DNA of 64,000 nucleotides from Micavibrio sp. UBA6145 (GCA_002423205.1 DIUZ01000002.1:129409-193408); one strand, 5' to 3'. Positions 1 to 9,847 are shown, counted from the first letter of the stretch. The notes: generated from the sequence alone by a model not told the origin. Numbers and translations are program-made.

Positions 1-1770
1 GGTGGGGATGGCATCCGACGTAAACGCATCCAGAACAATACCTTTGTAAACGTCGTTTGTCTTTTGCAGCATCAGCCGTGCATCACCCAGGATAACCGGG
101 CTCGGCCCGCAATCATCCAGAAAGGTGAAATACGTGCGGGCGATGCTGACGACATCCGGATCGATTTCATAGAATGTCAGCTTCCGGCGCGCGCTCTGGT
201 AACACACCATCTGCCCGGAACCGAGGCCGACAACGGCGATATGTCCGGCGGGAACATGATCCATCACAATGCCAAGCGGCCCTTTGCGGTTGTAATAGGA
301 CAAAAGTTCGAGGCGCTGATCCTGCGCCTGTAATTGCCTGCCATGAATGGTTTTGCCGTGCACGAATGTGCGTACGGCACCGTCATATGTTTCCAGCACG
401 CGCAGGACGCCAAAGAAATTCCGTGTCTGCAACAGTTGGTTTTCCTGGCTGAAAACCAACGGCGTTCCAAAAATGATACAGGCAACAAACCCGGCGAGCA
501 GGAAATAGGGACGCATGGCCAGAATCGCAAAACACGCGAAAATCACGATGGCACCCGCGAATGCCAGTATTTTTGGCGCAAACCCGACAACCCCCGCAAC
601 CGCAAGGCAGACAGAAAGCGCAAAAAGCGTAATCTGCCGCAGGCGCGGTGTAACCATGCCGCCTGTGGCAAGCACAAGCAAAGACAGCAATGCGCTTAAA
701 TAAAATTCATGCGTGGCGTTAAAGACGACGGGCGCAACAAACGCATTCAGGCACCCGCCAATCGCGCCGCCTGCCGCAAGGGTCAGGTAAAACAGTGTCA
801 GGCGCTCAGGTGCCGGGCGCAGGCGGTACAGACGTTCATGGCATAAATAACAACCCGCCGTAAACGCCAGCAGCAGGAACACACCCGGCAAAGGCGATGC
901 CTGAATAGCGCCAAACACATAGATGCCCACGATGATGGCAATGGCGGTGCCGTAATAGGACGTGGCATTACGCAGGCGTGCCTCACCGACCCAGCCGGTA
1001 AAGGCGGCGATATAGGTGCCAAGGTAAAGCGCCAGCGGCAAAACCCAGAGCAACGGGAATGACGCGATGTCCTGGTTGATAAGCGCGGAAACACTGGAAA
1101 GCATGCTTGCCGGTACGGCGGACAATACGAGCCACAGAAAAATATCGCGAACGTGTACCTGTGAAACGGTGTCGTCTTTTATCGGGCGCTGCATGGCGCG
1201 GCCCGCAAACCATGTGCACGCGGCCAGAAGGACGACAATAATGCAGGCACCTGCCTTCCATGCAGTAACCTGCAACGAAAGGCCGGTAAACGGTTCAATA
1301 AAAAACGGATATGCCAAAAGCCCCAGGAACGACCCGGCATTGCTCAGCGCATACAGGCGATACGGATTATCCGGGTGCAGGGATGTAAAAAGACGCTGGG
1401 TCATCGGTGCCATTGCCCCCATGGCGATCATGATGGGTCCGCGCGTCTGCCACAGCCACGCAAACAGCGATAAAGAAAATTCCTGACTATCCGCAGGCGG
1501 CGTAAACGGCATCTGCGGCGAAAACAATAGAATGCCCGCCGCCATTAATATGCCGAACAGCGCGCCCGCGGTGATGTTGGAAAGTTTGCGTGTCCAGTGC
1601 ACCAGCACATACCCCGCAAGCAGGGTCGTCTGGAAAAAAGCCAGTGCCACAAGCCATCCATGCGGCGCGCCACCGATAATCGGCAGGATTTCCTTACCCG
1701 TCAGCGGCTGAATACCGAACAGCAAAAACGCGGCGAGAAACGTCAGAAGTCGAAAGGCCCAGAGTGACAT
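1..1770 (-). CDS. Fused polytopic membrane / spermidine-synthase-like protein (partial; C-terminus runs off the window start)
   Basis: Hand translation of the minus strand from the ATG at 1770-1768 gives 590 uninterrupted codons to position 1 (MSLWAFRLLTFLAAFLLFGIQPL...). Many hydrophobic segments come first. They are followed by FFGVLRVLE..VHGKTIHGRQ..VGLGSGQMVCY..FYEIDPDVVSIAR..GDARL, typical of spermidine-synthase-like folds. It is missing from the ORF track because no stop lies inside the window. Confidence 0.75.
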   Translation of the reverse strand, partial: MSLWAFRLLTFLAAFLLFGIQPLTGKEILPIIGGAPHGWLVALAFFQTTLLAGYVLVHWTRKLSNITAGALFGILMAAGILLFSPQMPFTPPADSQEFSLSLFAWLWQTRGPIMIAMGAMAPMTQRLFTSLHPDNPYRLYALSNAGSFLGLLAYPFFIEPFTGLSLQVTAWKAGACIIVVLLAACTWFAGRAMQRPIKDDTVSQVHVRDIFLWLVLSAVPASMLSSVSALINQDIASFPLLWVLPLALYLGTYIAAFTGWVGEARLRNATSYYGTAIAIIVGIYVFGAIQASPLPGVFLLLAFTAGCYLCHERLYRLRPAPERLTLFYLTLAAGGAIGGCLNAFVAPVVFNATHEFYLSALLSLLVLATGGMVTPRLRQITLFALSVCLAVAGVVGFAPKILAFAGAIVIFACFAILAMRPYFLLAGFVACIIFGTPLVFSQENQLLQTRNFFGVLRVLETYDGAVRTFVHGKTIHGRQLQAQDQRLELLSYYNRKGPLGIVMDHVPAGHIAVVGLGSGQMVCYQSARRKLTFYEIDPDVVSIARTYFTFLDDCGPSPVILGDARLMLQKTNDVYKGIVLDAFTSDAIPT

Positions 1771-1794
1771 AATTATAAACTTTCTAAAGTAGGT

Positions 1795-2667
1795 TTAGAA
1801 AAACCGTGCAAGTGGTCTGAGCGCGGGATGCCTGAGTTCCTCCGCAAGATACGCCTCAAGGCGCGGCGCAATATCCGGCGCGGCATTGGCGATATGGCGG
1901 ATCTGGCCCAGAACGCGGGCATGGAATTGCGCAGCCATCACGACATACCAGTCATCGAACAGGGGCTTCCATGAATCGGGCAGGGCGTCCTTGAAACGCG
2001 CTTTGAGCTGCGCTTTCATGGCCGGGTCCAGATCGCGCCGCGCATCTTCCAGCAGGTTAACGATGTCGTATGTGAAGGGCGCCGTCTGTGCCGCCTGAAA
2101 ATCAAGAATGCCGATCCGTTTGATTCCATCGCGTAAGGGAAGCCAGTGCAGATTCCCGGCCTTGTAATCCATATGCGAAAAACATTGCGGTGCGGGCGGC
2201 AGGCTGTTTTCAACCGTGTCCCAGGCCGAAAGCCACGCCGGGTCCGGCGAATACAGCGCAAGCTTTTTGTAAATATACCCGTCCTTGTAATGCACGACCT
2301 CGGTCGACCTATTCGTGCGCAGGGTCGCAAGCACGTCGACCGCCATCGCGTAGGCGTCGTGTTCAACCGATGCCGTGTCGATGGGCGTGTCGCCAAAATC
2401 CTCGGTCAGCATCAGGGTCGGCGTCAGGCCGTAAATTTCAGGTGCTGAAAGTCCAAGGGCCCGCAGATGACCGGACAGCCGTGCAAAGTCCCCCAGATCA
2501 TGGCCCGGAATGACCTTGGGGGCGTGTACCAGCACAGCGCTTTCGCCGGACGATTTTTTTAAACGCCAGTAATGACGCGGCGACCAGTCCGGCGTGATGG
2601 CGGAAATGCGGGCATCATGCCAGCCGCAACTTGATAAAAACGCAGTTATCTCGGGATTTGTATCCAT
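1795..2667 (-). CDS. Aminoglycoside-phosphotransferase-fold kinase (AmgK-like anomeric sugar kinase family)
   Basis: 290-aa ORF. It shows the APH-fold catalytic region HMDYKAGNLHWLP...GILDFQAA and the overall pattern of alphaproteobacterial AmgK-type kinases. Confidence 0.55.
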   Translation of the reverse strand: MDTNPEITAFLSSCGWHDARISAITPDWSPRHYWRLKKSSGESAVLVHAPKVIPGHDLGDFARLSGHLRALGLSAPEIYGLTPTLMLTEDFGDTPIDTASVEHDAYAMAVDVLATLRTNRSTEVVHYKDGYIYKKLALYSPDPAWLSAWDTVENSLPPAPQCFSHMDYKAGNLHWLPLRDGIKRIGILDFQAAQTAPFTYDIVNLLEDARRDLDPAMKAQLKARFKDALPDSWKPLFDDWYVVMAAQFHARVLGQIRHIANAAPDIAPRLEAYLAEELRHPALRPLARFF

Positions 2668-2752
2668 GCCACATCATGCTGCAAAAGTTGCAAATTTTCA
2701 AAAGCTTAGTTAAGTCCTAAGAAAAACAAAACAATAGATTGCGGTAAGGGTA

Positions 2753-4075
2753 ATGAGGGGCGTAACAAAACAGCAGGCCGAGCTGCGCAAAAGCTTTAAG
2801 CGCGCGCTGGCCCGCAAGAATCGTGAAGAGTTTTTCCTGGCGCTGACCGCGGCAGAGATTGCGGAATTGAGCGTCCCCCAGGTCCTCAAGCTGATCCGCT
2901 TTACGCAAAGCGAGCGCTTTGATCTTTTGTCCGCTGATGATCAGGAGTTGATGCGCCACAGCCTGAAGACCGGCATCCTGTGCAGCGATGAAATCCGTAT
3001 CTGGTATAATCAGAAACTGAAAAAAATGCGCGATATGGCGCGGGTCGAAATCCCCCATATCTGGAAAGCCAGCGGCGTCAAAATCTATGACCAGATGACG
3101 CAGGCCTTCGACAATCTGGGCCGCGAAGAAGAACTGCAGGATTTTTTCACCATTCTCGGTGTTGTGCAGGAAGCCGTCGGCGATCGCATGGAAGAGGCAG
3201 GCCTGCGTAATTTCACAGGCTGGCGCCGCGACCGTTTCCTGAAAGGTCTGTTTCCGCGCGTCCGTTCCCTGCGCCGGGAATTCAAATTATGCGGCGAAAA
3301 CAAAATCGGTCTCATCCCGTTCCGCGACCGCGTGGCCCATGCCATCCAGAAATTGCCGGAATACGCGCGTGAATTTGTAAACGGCAGCGGTTACGTATTC
3401 CGCCTTGCCGAGCGTCTCGGTCACATCGATCCTGATTATGCGCAAAAAGATGCGCATTACGCGCGTGGCCTTACCATTGAACAGACCGCGTGCGGCGTAC
3501 ATGACAGCGATACGCTCAACATCGACCTGCCGCAATACAGCGTAACGAACAGGCCCGATGGCACAAAAGAATCATACCTCGCGCATAATGATTTTGAAGA
3601 GCTGGCGGTCACCGTCGGCCACGAAGTGGCGCATGGTTTTGTTCTGTGGCTGGATTACGTCGTGCACCACGACGAACGCATCAAGCAGGCATACAGGGAA
3701 GACCTGGCTGATATACGCGATGCGATTGAATACACGCCCGGCATCGCCAGGCAGTACAGCTACTTCATGCCCGCAAGCGAAGGCGGCTACCACGCCGATA
3801 TCTCGGTCGCGCGCGAAGAGGCCATGGTTGAGATCATGTCCGAACTGATGCTGCGCAAGGGCGGCATGGATCGCGGCGACCTGCATCTGTACATGGTGCG
3901 TATGAATAATATCGCGATGGAAATGCTGGAAACCCTGCGCGCCGAACATATGGTCATGCCGTCCGGTGTCGACTTTCCGGATCTGGCTGCGCTGGACGCA
4001 TTGACGCAGCAACCGTTCACGCCCCAGCGTGCGCTCAAGCGTTATGCGTATGACTGCGTCCCGCGCGTGACTTAA
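2753..4075 (+). CDS. Hypothetical protein with an HExxH (putative zinc-metallopeptidase) motif
   Basis: 440-aa ORF with protein-like composition. It has a single VGHEVAHGF motif (HEVAH) in the C-terminal third. I recognise no other family signature. Confidence 0.5.
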   Translation: MRGVTKQQAELRKSFKRALARKNREEFFLALTAAEIAELSVPQVLKLIRFTQSERFDLLSADDQELMRHSLKTGILCSDEIRIWYNQKLKKMRDMARVEIPHIWKASGVKIYDQMTQAFDNLGREEELQDFFTILGVVQEAVGDRMEEAGLRNFTGWRRDRFLKGLFPRVRSLRREFKLCGENKIGLIPFRDRVAHAIQKLPEYAREFVNGSGYVFRLAERLGHIDPDYAQKDAHYARGLTIEQTACGVHDSDTLNIDLPQYSVTNRPDGTKESYLAHNDFEELAVTVGHEVAHGFVLWLDYVVHHDERIKQAYREDLADIRDAIEYTPGIARQYSYFMPASEGGYHADISVAREEAMVEIMSELMLRKGGMDRGDLHLYMVRMNNIAMEMLETLRAEHMVMPSGVDFPDLAALDALTQQPFTPQRALKRYAYDCVPRVT

Positions 4076-4491
4076 CGGTCTTTTTTGGATTTCTGTCTGG
4101 ATTTGGCGGCAAGGAAGTGGATGGCATCCACATGGTCCTGGCTGGCGGCCTTGCGCGCGGGCATCGGGGCCGCGCTTTCATGGCCGAACTTGGCCGCGTG
4201 TTCGGATACGAAACTGCGCAGCATCTCCTTGCCGAACGAACCTTCTTTTTTGACGGTCTTGGCACCCTTTTTAGCCCGGGGTGCAGGGGCGTCTTCACCG
4301 CGCAGGGCCCGGTCGACCGCCCGGTCGACGGCATAGGCAACGATTCCGTTCCAGTGCGGACGGGTCAGCTCCATCAGAAGCTTCGGGTCCTCGTAGAACC
4401 ATGCCTGGATCTGGCGGCGCGCCTTGGCGGCGTTCCCCCCGGCGAGGCGCAAAGCCTCGGAAACCTTGTGGTCAGCGTAATCGTGCGTCAT
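4072..4491 (-). CDS. Hypothetical small protein with a lysine-rich C-terminal tail
   Basis: Start trimmed to the internal ATG at 4491 (MTHDYADHKV...). The longer 236-aa ORF would run into the start of the divergent gene at 4610, and its extra N-terminus looks non-protein-like. Confidence 0.45.
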   Translation of the reverse strand: MTHDYADHKVSEALRLAGGNAAKARRQIQAWFYEDPKLLMELTRPHWNGIVAYAVDRAVDRALRGEDAPAPRAKKGAKTVKKEGSFGKEMLRSFVSEHAAKFGHESAAPMPARKAASQDHVDAIHFLAAKSRQKSKKDR

Positions 4492-4609
4492 ATAGTCCCG
4501 ATTATTACATATTTTTCCGGAAAAAGGAATCAAGCGCAGGACAAGCCATAGTGCGCGGCGGGTTTTTCCCTTACAATTCAAACATAAGGAAGAACACCAA
4601 AGAAATATT

Positions 4610-6724
4610 ATGGCTAAAGACAAGAAAGTCGAAATTCCCGAACCGGCCCCGCCGGCACAGGACGTCACCACCACGGACGTCCCTGGTACCGTATACAAAT
4701 CGACCTTGCCCAAGGGCAGGATGATGTTTGGTGAAGCGATTGAAATCGACACCAACGAACGCATCCCGAAATATTCGAACATGTATGTAAGCGCCTATCC
4801 CGCAAAATCGCTGGGGACTGACGGGCGTGATTTCATCGCCTATGTGTGCGAACCGCAATACACGCCGCGTAACCGCCTGGGGCCTGCTTATGCGGCCGTC
4901 GCCAACCCGTCGTTGCTGCACCTGATCGGTTCGGGCATCGGCAAGATGCCGGACCACGGCATCAACCGTTTTGTATTCATCTACGAAAACGCGCTGGGCA
5001 AACCGATTGTTGAAACCGACCAGTATCTGGCCGTCGGCATGAAAAGCGAACGCGTGATGGAAAAAATCGTCACGCCGATGATTTCCGTCCTCAAGGACCT
5101 GCGCGACCACGACATCGTGCATGGTGCCATTCGTGCCACCAACATGTTTGACGGCGGCAAGGAACATTACGATCACGTGGTTCTGGGTGAGGGGCTGTCG
5201 CTTCCCCCGTCCATGTCCCAGCCGATGATTTACGAACCCGTGGACCGCGCACTGGCGCAACCGACGGGCCGCGGCCTTGGCACCAATCAGGATGATCTGT
5301 ATTCGCTGGGCGTCACTATCGCGATGCTCTTGCGCAGCAAAGACCCGATGAAGGGTAAAACCGACGCCGAAATCATCCAGAACAAGATGCAATACGGCAC
5401 GTATTCCACGCTGCTGGGCTCTGACGAACACATCTCAAGCGCGATGCTGGAACTGCTGCGCGGTCTTCTGCATGACGACCGCAACGCGCGCTGGACACTG
5501 GACGAGGTGCTGACATGGATGGATGGCCGCCGCCTGAGCCCAAAACAATCAGCAAAGAAACTTCGCGCCGCGCGTCCGATGGAATTCAACGGCAAAACCT
5601 ATTCGTTTCCGTCCGCACTTGCGCGCGATCTGTTTCAACGCCCGTCCGAAGCCGTACAGCTGATCGAAAGCGGTGACCTGTACCAGTGGATTAAACGCTC
5701 GCTGGACGATGAAATGATGCTTAACCGTTTCGATGCTGCCGTAAGCTCGGCGGAAGAAGCCGGGCGCGGCAATGGTTACTGGGATCGTCTTCTGTCGCGC
5801 ATCGTCATCTGCCTCGATCCTGACGGCCCTATCCGTTACAAAAACGTATCGCTGACGGGGGAGGGAATATCAACCGCGTTGGCCGAAGCTTTCGTTACCA
5901 ACCAGAACCTTCCGATCTACGCTGAATTGTTTTCAGGCACGCTGTTGTCCTACTGGATGACAACGCTGACTGATCTGAATTACGACATGGCGGGGTTCGT
6001 CACCCGGTTTGAGCCGTCGCGCAACTACATCAAACAACCCGGCCCCGGCTTCGGGCTTGAGCGCGTCCTGTACTACCTCAATCCGGATGTGCATTGTCTC
6101 TCGCCGGCGGTCAGCCGTTACTACGCCCGTTCGCCCGAAGAATTCCTGAATGCCTGCGAAGAAATGGCCGCCGATCCCGCGCGTCGTCCTGCCCGCCTGA
6201 TGGACCGTCATTCCATCGCCTTTCTGTGCGTGAAGGACCGTAAAGTCGCTGAACCCTATCTGTACGACCTGGCATCGAACGAACCGTATCGTTATGCGCT
6301 GGGCACGTTGCAATGTCTGGCGGCGATCCAGAAATATTACCGCATCCCCATGCTCAAAAACCTGACGCAATGGATGTCTGAATTCATCGAACCCGTATTC
6401 GCGCGTTTCCATGACCGCGACGTGCGCCGTGACCTTCGTAAAAAGGTCAACGAAGTGCGCGACAAGGGCGACCTGAACAAATTGCTGGCCGTGCTCGATA
6501 ACGCCGAACTGTTGCGCAGCGATCTCACCAATTTCCGCTATGCCATGCGCCATTACCGCGCATTGGTGGCCGAACGCGAAGACCTGACCATGCGCGTCAA
6601 TGACAGCAAGTTTTATGGCCGCCGCGAAGGACGTGAGACAGCTGTAATTGTCGCCGGCCTGATCGCGACCGTCCTGATGGCTGGCATCGTTATTCTTTAT
6701 CTGAACGGCGCGAGGATCCTGTAA
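4610..6724 (+). CDS. Membrane-anchored protein-kinase-like protein, predicted catalytically inactive
   Basis: 704 aa. Kinase C-lobe signatures are present (DLYSLGVTIAMLL; LLHDDRNARWTLDEVLTW). The catalytic loop reads HGAIRATN instead of HRDxKxxN, and no DFG or VAIK-type lysine is evident. A C-terminal TM segment is present (AVIVAGLIATVLMAGIVILYL). Confidence 0.6.
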   Translation: MAKDKKVEIPEPAPPAQDVTTTDVPGTVYKSTLPKGRMMFGEAIEIDTNERIPKYSNMYVSAYPAKSLGTDGRDFIAYVCEPQYTPRNRLGPAYAAVANPSLLHLIGSGIGKMPDHGINRFVFIYENALGKPIVETDQYLAVGMKSERVMEKIVTPMISVLKDLRDHDIVHGAIRATNMFDGGKEHYDHVVLGEGLSLPPSMSQPMIYEPVDRALAQPTGRGLGTNQDDLYSLGVTIAMLLRSKDPMKGKTDAEIIQNKMQYGTYSTLLGSDEHISSAMLELLRGLLHDDRNARWTLDEVLTWMDGRRLSPKQSAKKLRAARPMEFNGKTYSFPSALARDLFQRPSEAVQLIESGDLYQWIKRSLDDEMMLNRFDAAVSSAEEAGRGNGYWDRLLSRIVICLDPDGPIRYKNVSLTGEGISTALAEAFVTNQNLPIYAELFSGTLLSYWMTTLTDLNYDMAGFVTRFEPSRNYIKQPGPGFGLERVLYYLNPDVHCLSPAVSRYYARSPEEFLNACEEMAADPARRPARLMDRHSIAFLCVKDRKVAEPYLYDLASNEPYRYALGTLQCLAAIQKYYRIPMLKNLTQWMSEFIEPVFARFHDRDVRRDLRKKVNEVRDKGDLNKLLAVLDNAELLRSDLTNFRYAMRHYRALVAEREDLTMRVNDSKFYGRREGRETAVIVAGLIATVLMAGIVILYLNGARIL

Positions 6725-7194
6725 TGGGTAAGATGCAGAAACAATTCCTGACGCTGGTGATCCTTGGCAGCGGTTTTGCCTTCATGGCGTCAACCGTCAT
6801 CCTGTTCGCCGGTCTGATGCCGACCATTGCCGCCAACCTGATCGATAAGTCACGCCAGAAAAGCAAGGCGATCTGCGTCGGTGTCATGAACTTTGCCGGA
6901 TGCCTGCCGTTCCTTTTGGAATTGTGGCTTGGCCCCGCGCCCAATTCGGTGGAGGCCGCAACCGCCATCATCATGCAGCCGAAGACCATGGTTATCATCT
7001 ACGTGATTGCCGCCTGCGGTTATGCCGTTGAACGCGCTGTCACCGGCATGGTGGCACAGGTGATGCAGCAACGTGCGCGGGCCCGCCTGCGCGCCATTGA
7101 TGCCCAGCTGGCCGAACTGGTCAGCCGCTGGGACGAGTATGTCGACGGCTCGCAACCGCTGGACGATTTCGGTTTTCCTGAAAGACGTGATTAA
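6724..7194 (+). CDS. Small multi-pass membrane protein, translationally coupled to the kinase-like gene
   Basis: 156 aa with three or four hydrophobic segments. Its ATG overlaps the upstream TAA stop (TAATG at 6722-6726). Confidence 0.55.
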   Translation: MGKMQKQFLTLVILGSGFAFMASTVILFAGLMPTIAANLIDKSRQKSKAICVGVMNFAGCLPFLLELWLGPAPNSVEAATAIIMQPKTMVIIYVIAACGYAVERAVTGMVAQVMQQRARARLRAIDAQLAELVSRWDEYVDGSQPLDDFGFPERRD

Positions 7195-7197
7195 GTT

Positions 7198-8588
7198 TTA
7201 AGCGACCGCGGGTAAAATCTGCGGCTGTGTGCGTGCGGCGGCCTTGCGCATATGCGGCCACGCAATGTCCTTGCGGTGCTTTTGGGAATGATCCGTGTAA
7301 ACACCCTGTCCATTGGCATCTGTAACCATCAACTGGTTCAGTACCGGCCATGGGTCTTCTTTGCCAATCCGGTCGGCTGCGCGGCGTAAATGCGTGTGCT
7401 CAGCCTGGTCTATCGACCCTTGCGCGAAGCGCGTGGTGGCAATTTCGTGCAATGTGCCGGCCAGCTTGGCCGTGTTATCGGCGACATTCAGCGCCGCCAC
7501 ATAAAATACCTTGTGCAGATTGGCCGGCGTGCAGTCCATCGGGTTGGACGATGGAAATTTATGGATCTCATCCGTGCCGGGGCGCGGGATGATCGATCGG
7601 TTAAAAGATGTGATGGCCGGGCTGCCCGTGACGGCCATGGTTTGCGGATCATAATGGCGTTCCATGTCGCGGCGGTCCTGTTCCTGCGCGCTGCGCTTTG
7701 TTGCGTGCAGGCTGCTGTATTCATTGGGGCTGACGGCGGCCATAAATCCGGCGCGTTGCTGTCTGGCATGGTCATACGGCATGTCTGAAAGGTCGCCTGT
7801 ACCAAAAAACAGCGTCCGTACCACGGCGTTATCGGTGGAGGCCAGCGTTCGCGCACCGCCAAGCGTATGACGCGCAATTGACCCGAAAGCGGATTTTATG
7901 CTTTCCACAGCCGACCCCCTGATGGCGGCGTGCAAAGCCCTTTGACGCGCTTTGAGCGCGGCATCCAGCTCCTTGTGAATTTGCCCGGCCGAAACAATGG
8001 CCCCGTTATCGCGGTAATGCGATCCGTTGAGAAGATGGGGTTCAAACACGCCGGGAATCGACGTGGTCGCCATGGCGCCGTCCATAAGCGGCGTGCTGCC
8101 GTTGACCAGCGGAATTTTCAGCGCACTGACGTCGAACAGGTCGCCATGCAGGCAACCCAGAAGTTCATCGCGCTTTTTGGTCATGTTATGCGCGCTCACC
8201 AGAAGTGAAATCGGCAATTCACCCATGGTACGTTCGCCGAAATGCATCTCCAGCATCCTGCGCAGGATGGCGTGATTGTAATGATCGACCAGAAAGTTCC
8301 TGCCCAGGCTTCTATTAATGATCTGGTTGCGGACCAGATTGCTGGACGGTCTATCATATCCATGGAACAGGCATAGGTGCTGTACATCAGGCGCGCGGCC
8401 GGCGCATCGGCAGCAAGCGATTCAGCGTTGAGCCCGCCCATGGATGAACCGCTCAGGACATCAACAAGGGACCGGAAGGGGCGCTGGATTTTAGCTTCGA
8501 TATAAGCCGCGTAAAAAGAGCCCAGCAGGCCCCAGGGACCACCGCTGTCGAAATACGCGTTATAGGCGACATATGTGCCACGGCTCAT
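7198..8588 (-). pseudogene. Patatin-like phospholipase interrupted by a frameshift
   Basis: ORF 8196-8588 carries the N-terminal oxyanion region (FDSGGPWG) and the GxSxG serine (GSSMG). ORF 7198-8256, in another frame, continues with patatin-like sequence (NFLVDHYNHAILRRMLEMHFGERTMGELPISLLVSAHN..., TSIPGVFEP..YRDNG). The frames switch around 8260-8345. Confidence 0.6.
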
Positions 8589-8650
8589 GCACCCCTATAG
8601 TCCGCGAGATTCGGGTTCCATTACAACCGGCAGCGCAGCAAAGTGAAGGT

Positions 8651-9847
8651 TTAACGGCGCTCGTCGCCAAGGACCCCACCCGTCAGGGCATGGACCGTGC
8701 GCTTGAGGGTCTTCATGAAATCGTTCTGCTGGGTGTGCTTGCGGTCGCGGTTGGACACAAGGATATGGCACAGCTCATCGAACTGGGTTTTGTTGTCTTC
8801 CAGGATGATATGCGCAAAACGTTCCAGCCGGGCCATATTTTCAGGCGTGGCATCGTCAATATCGACGGACGGCAGGGATTCGCCCGGAATGGGCACCAGC
8901 ATGGACCGGTTGAACATGAACAGGTCGCGGCCCAGTTCCTTGCCGAAAGATTCCATCATCGCGCTTTCGGAGGCATGGAAGAAAATATTGATCAGCGGCA
9001 AATCGTTGGCCGGGTCAACGACTCCCAGCGCGCCAAACCGGTTCCATTCGTCCTTATGAATGGGGCGGTTGGTAATGCCGGTACCAAGACAGACCATGAT
9101 CGGCTGGTAATCTTCCGGCACGTGCGGCTTGATCGCGCCCTGATACGAAATACACGGGTTATCAAAGATCGACCCGTCAATCGCGTGCACGGTGCGCCAT
9201 GTGCCGTTATTCGGGTCATAGGCGGAAAAATCATGACACGGGAAATATGTGGGCGCGGCGGCCGATGCCATCACCGCGTCGTACAGCGTCACGTCCAGCG
9301 GCTTGGCCGTTGTGGGGTTGTAGGCAGGCGATTTGATATTTTTAAGCCACATGGCAGAGCCGCCCACGCGTCCCTCGCGGTCTTCACCGCCAAGGGAATA
9401 ACAGGGGATGACCAGCGATGTAACGGAATCGCCCAGCTTGGCATCCCCGTAAAGCGCATACAGCGCCTTGGCCAGATGGCGTGCGCTGTAATGGCCATGG
9501 CGCATCATCTGCGAGAGTTTGGTGATTTTGACGGTACGGTTGTTGAAGTCATGCAGCAATCCGCGGAATTCACGGAAGCGGTCATACGGGAAGATCGATG
9601 CGCCTTCGCGTTCGTAAAACCGGATCATGTGCTTGGCCTTGTATTGCGGCTCAAACGGGCGGCGGCGGTGCGGACGGGTCAGGGCGGCATTCAGGATGGA
9701 ACCCGTGGACGGGCCGGTGAAAAGATCAACCATTTCGGCCATGCCAAGGCCTGTGCGGCTTTCGATAGCCGCCATGATGTGCGCCGGGACTAACCCGCGC
9801 ATGCCCCCGCCATAGGTGAAAAGAGCGATGAAGGTATTCGTGCTCAC
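8651..9847 (-). CDS. Patatin-like phospholipase
   Basis: 398 aa with GGGMRG (oxyanion hole), GPSTG (GxSxG nucleophile) and AIDGSIFDNP (catalytic Asp). Confidence 0.85.
   Translation of the reverse strand: MSTNTFIALFTYGGGMRGLVPAHIMAAIESRTGLGMAEMVDLFTGPSTGSILNAALTRPHRRRPFEPQYKAKHMIRFYEREGASIFPYDRFREFRGLLHDFNNRTVKITKLSQMMRHGHYSARHLAKALYALYGDAKLGDSVTSLVIPCYSLGGEDREGRVGGSAMWLKNIKSPAYNPTTAKPLDVTLYDAVMASAAAPTYFPCHDFSAYDPNNGTWRTVHAIDGSIFDNPCISYQGAIKPHVPEDYQPIMVCLGTGITNRPIHKDEWNRFGALGVVDPANDLPLINIFFHASESAMMESFGKELGRDLFMFNRSMLVPIPGESLPSVDIDDATPENMARLERFAHIILEDNKTQFDELCHILVSNRDRKHTQQNDFMKTLKRTVHALTGGVLGDERR

Noticed and set aside
4492-4782. N-terminal extension of the 236-aa ORF 4072-4782
   Set aside because: The extension overlaps the start of the divergent kinase-like gene and translates to Cys/Ser/Leu-rich non-protein-like sequence. 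The internal ATG at 4491 gives a sensible 139-aa product and leaves a 118-nt divergent promoter region.
8573-9793. 406-aa plus-strand ORF
   Set aside because: It is antisense to the intact patatin-like gene, which has all three catalytic motifs. It has no recognisable motif and shadow-ORF composition.
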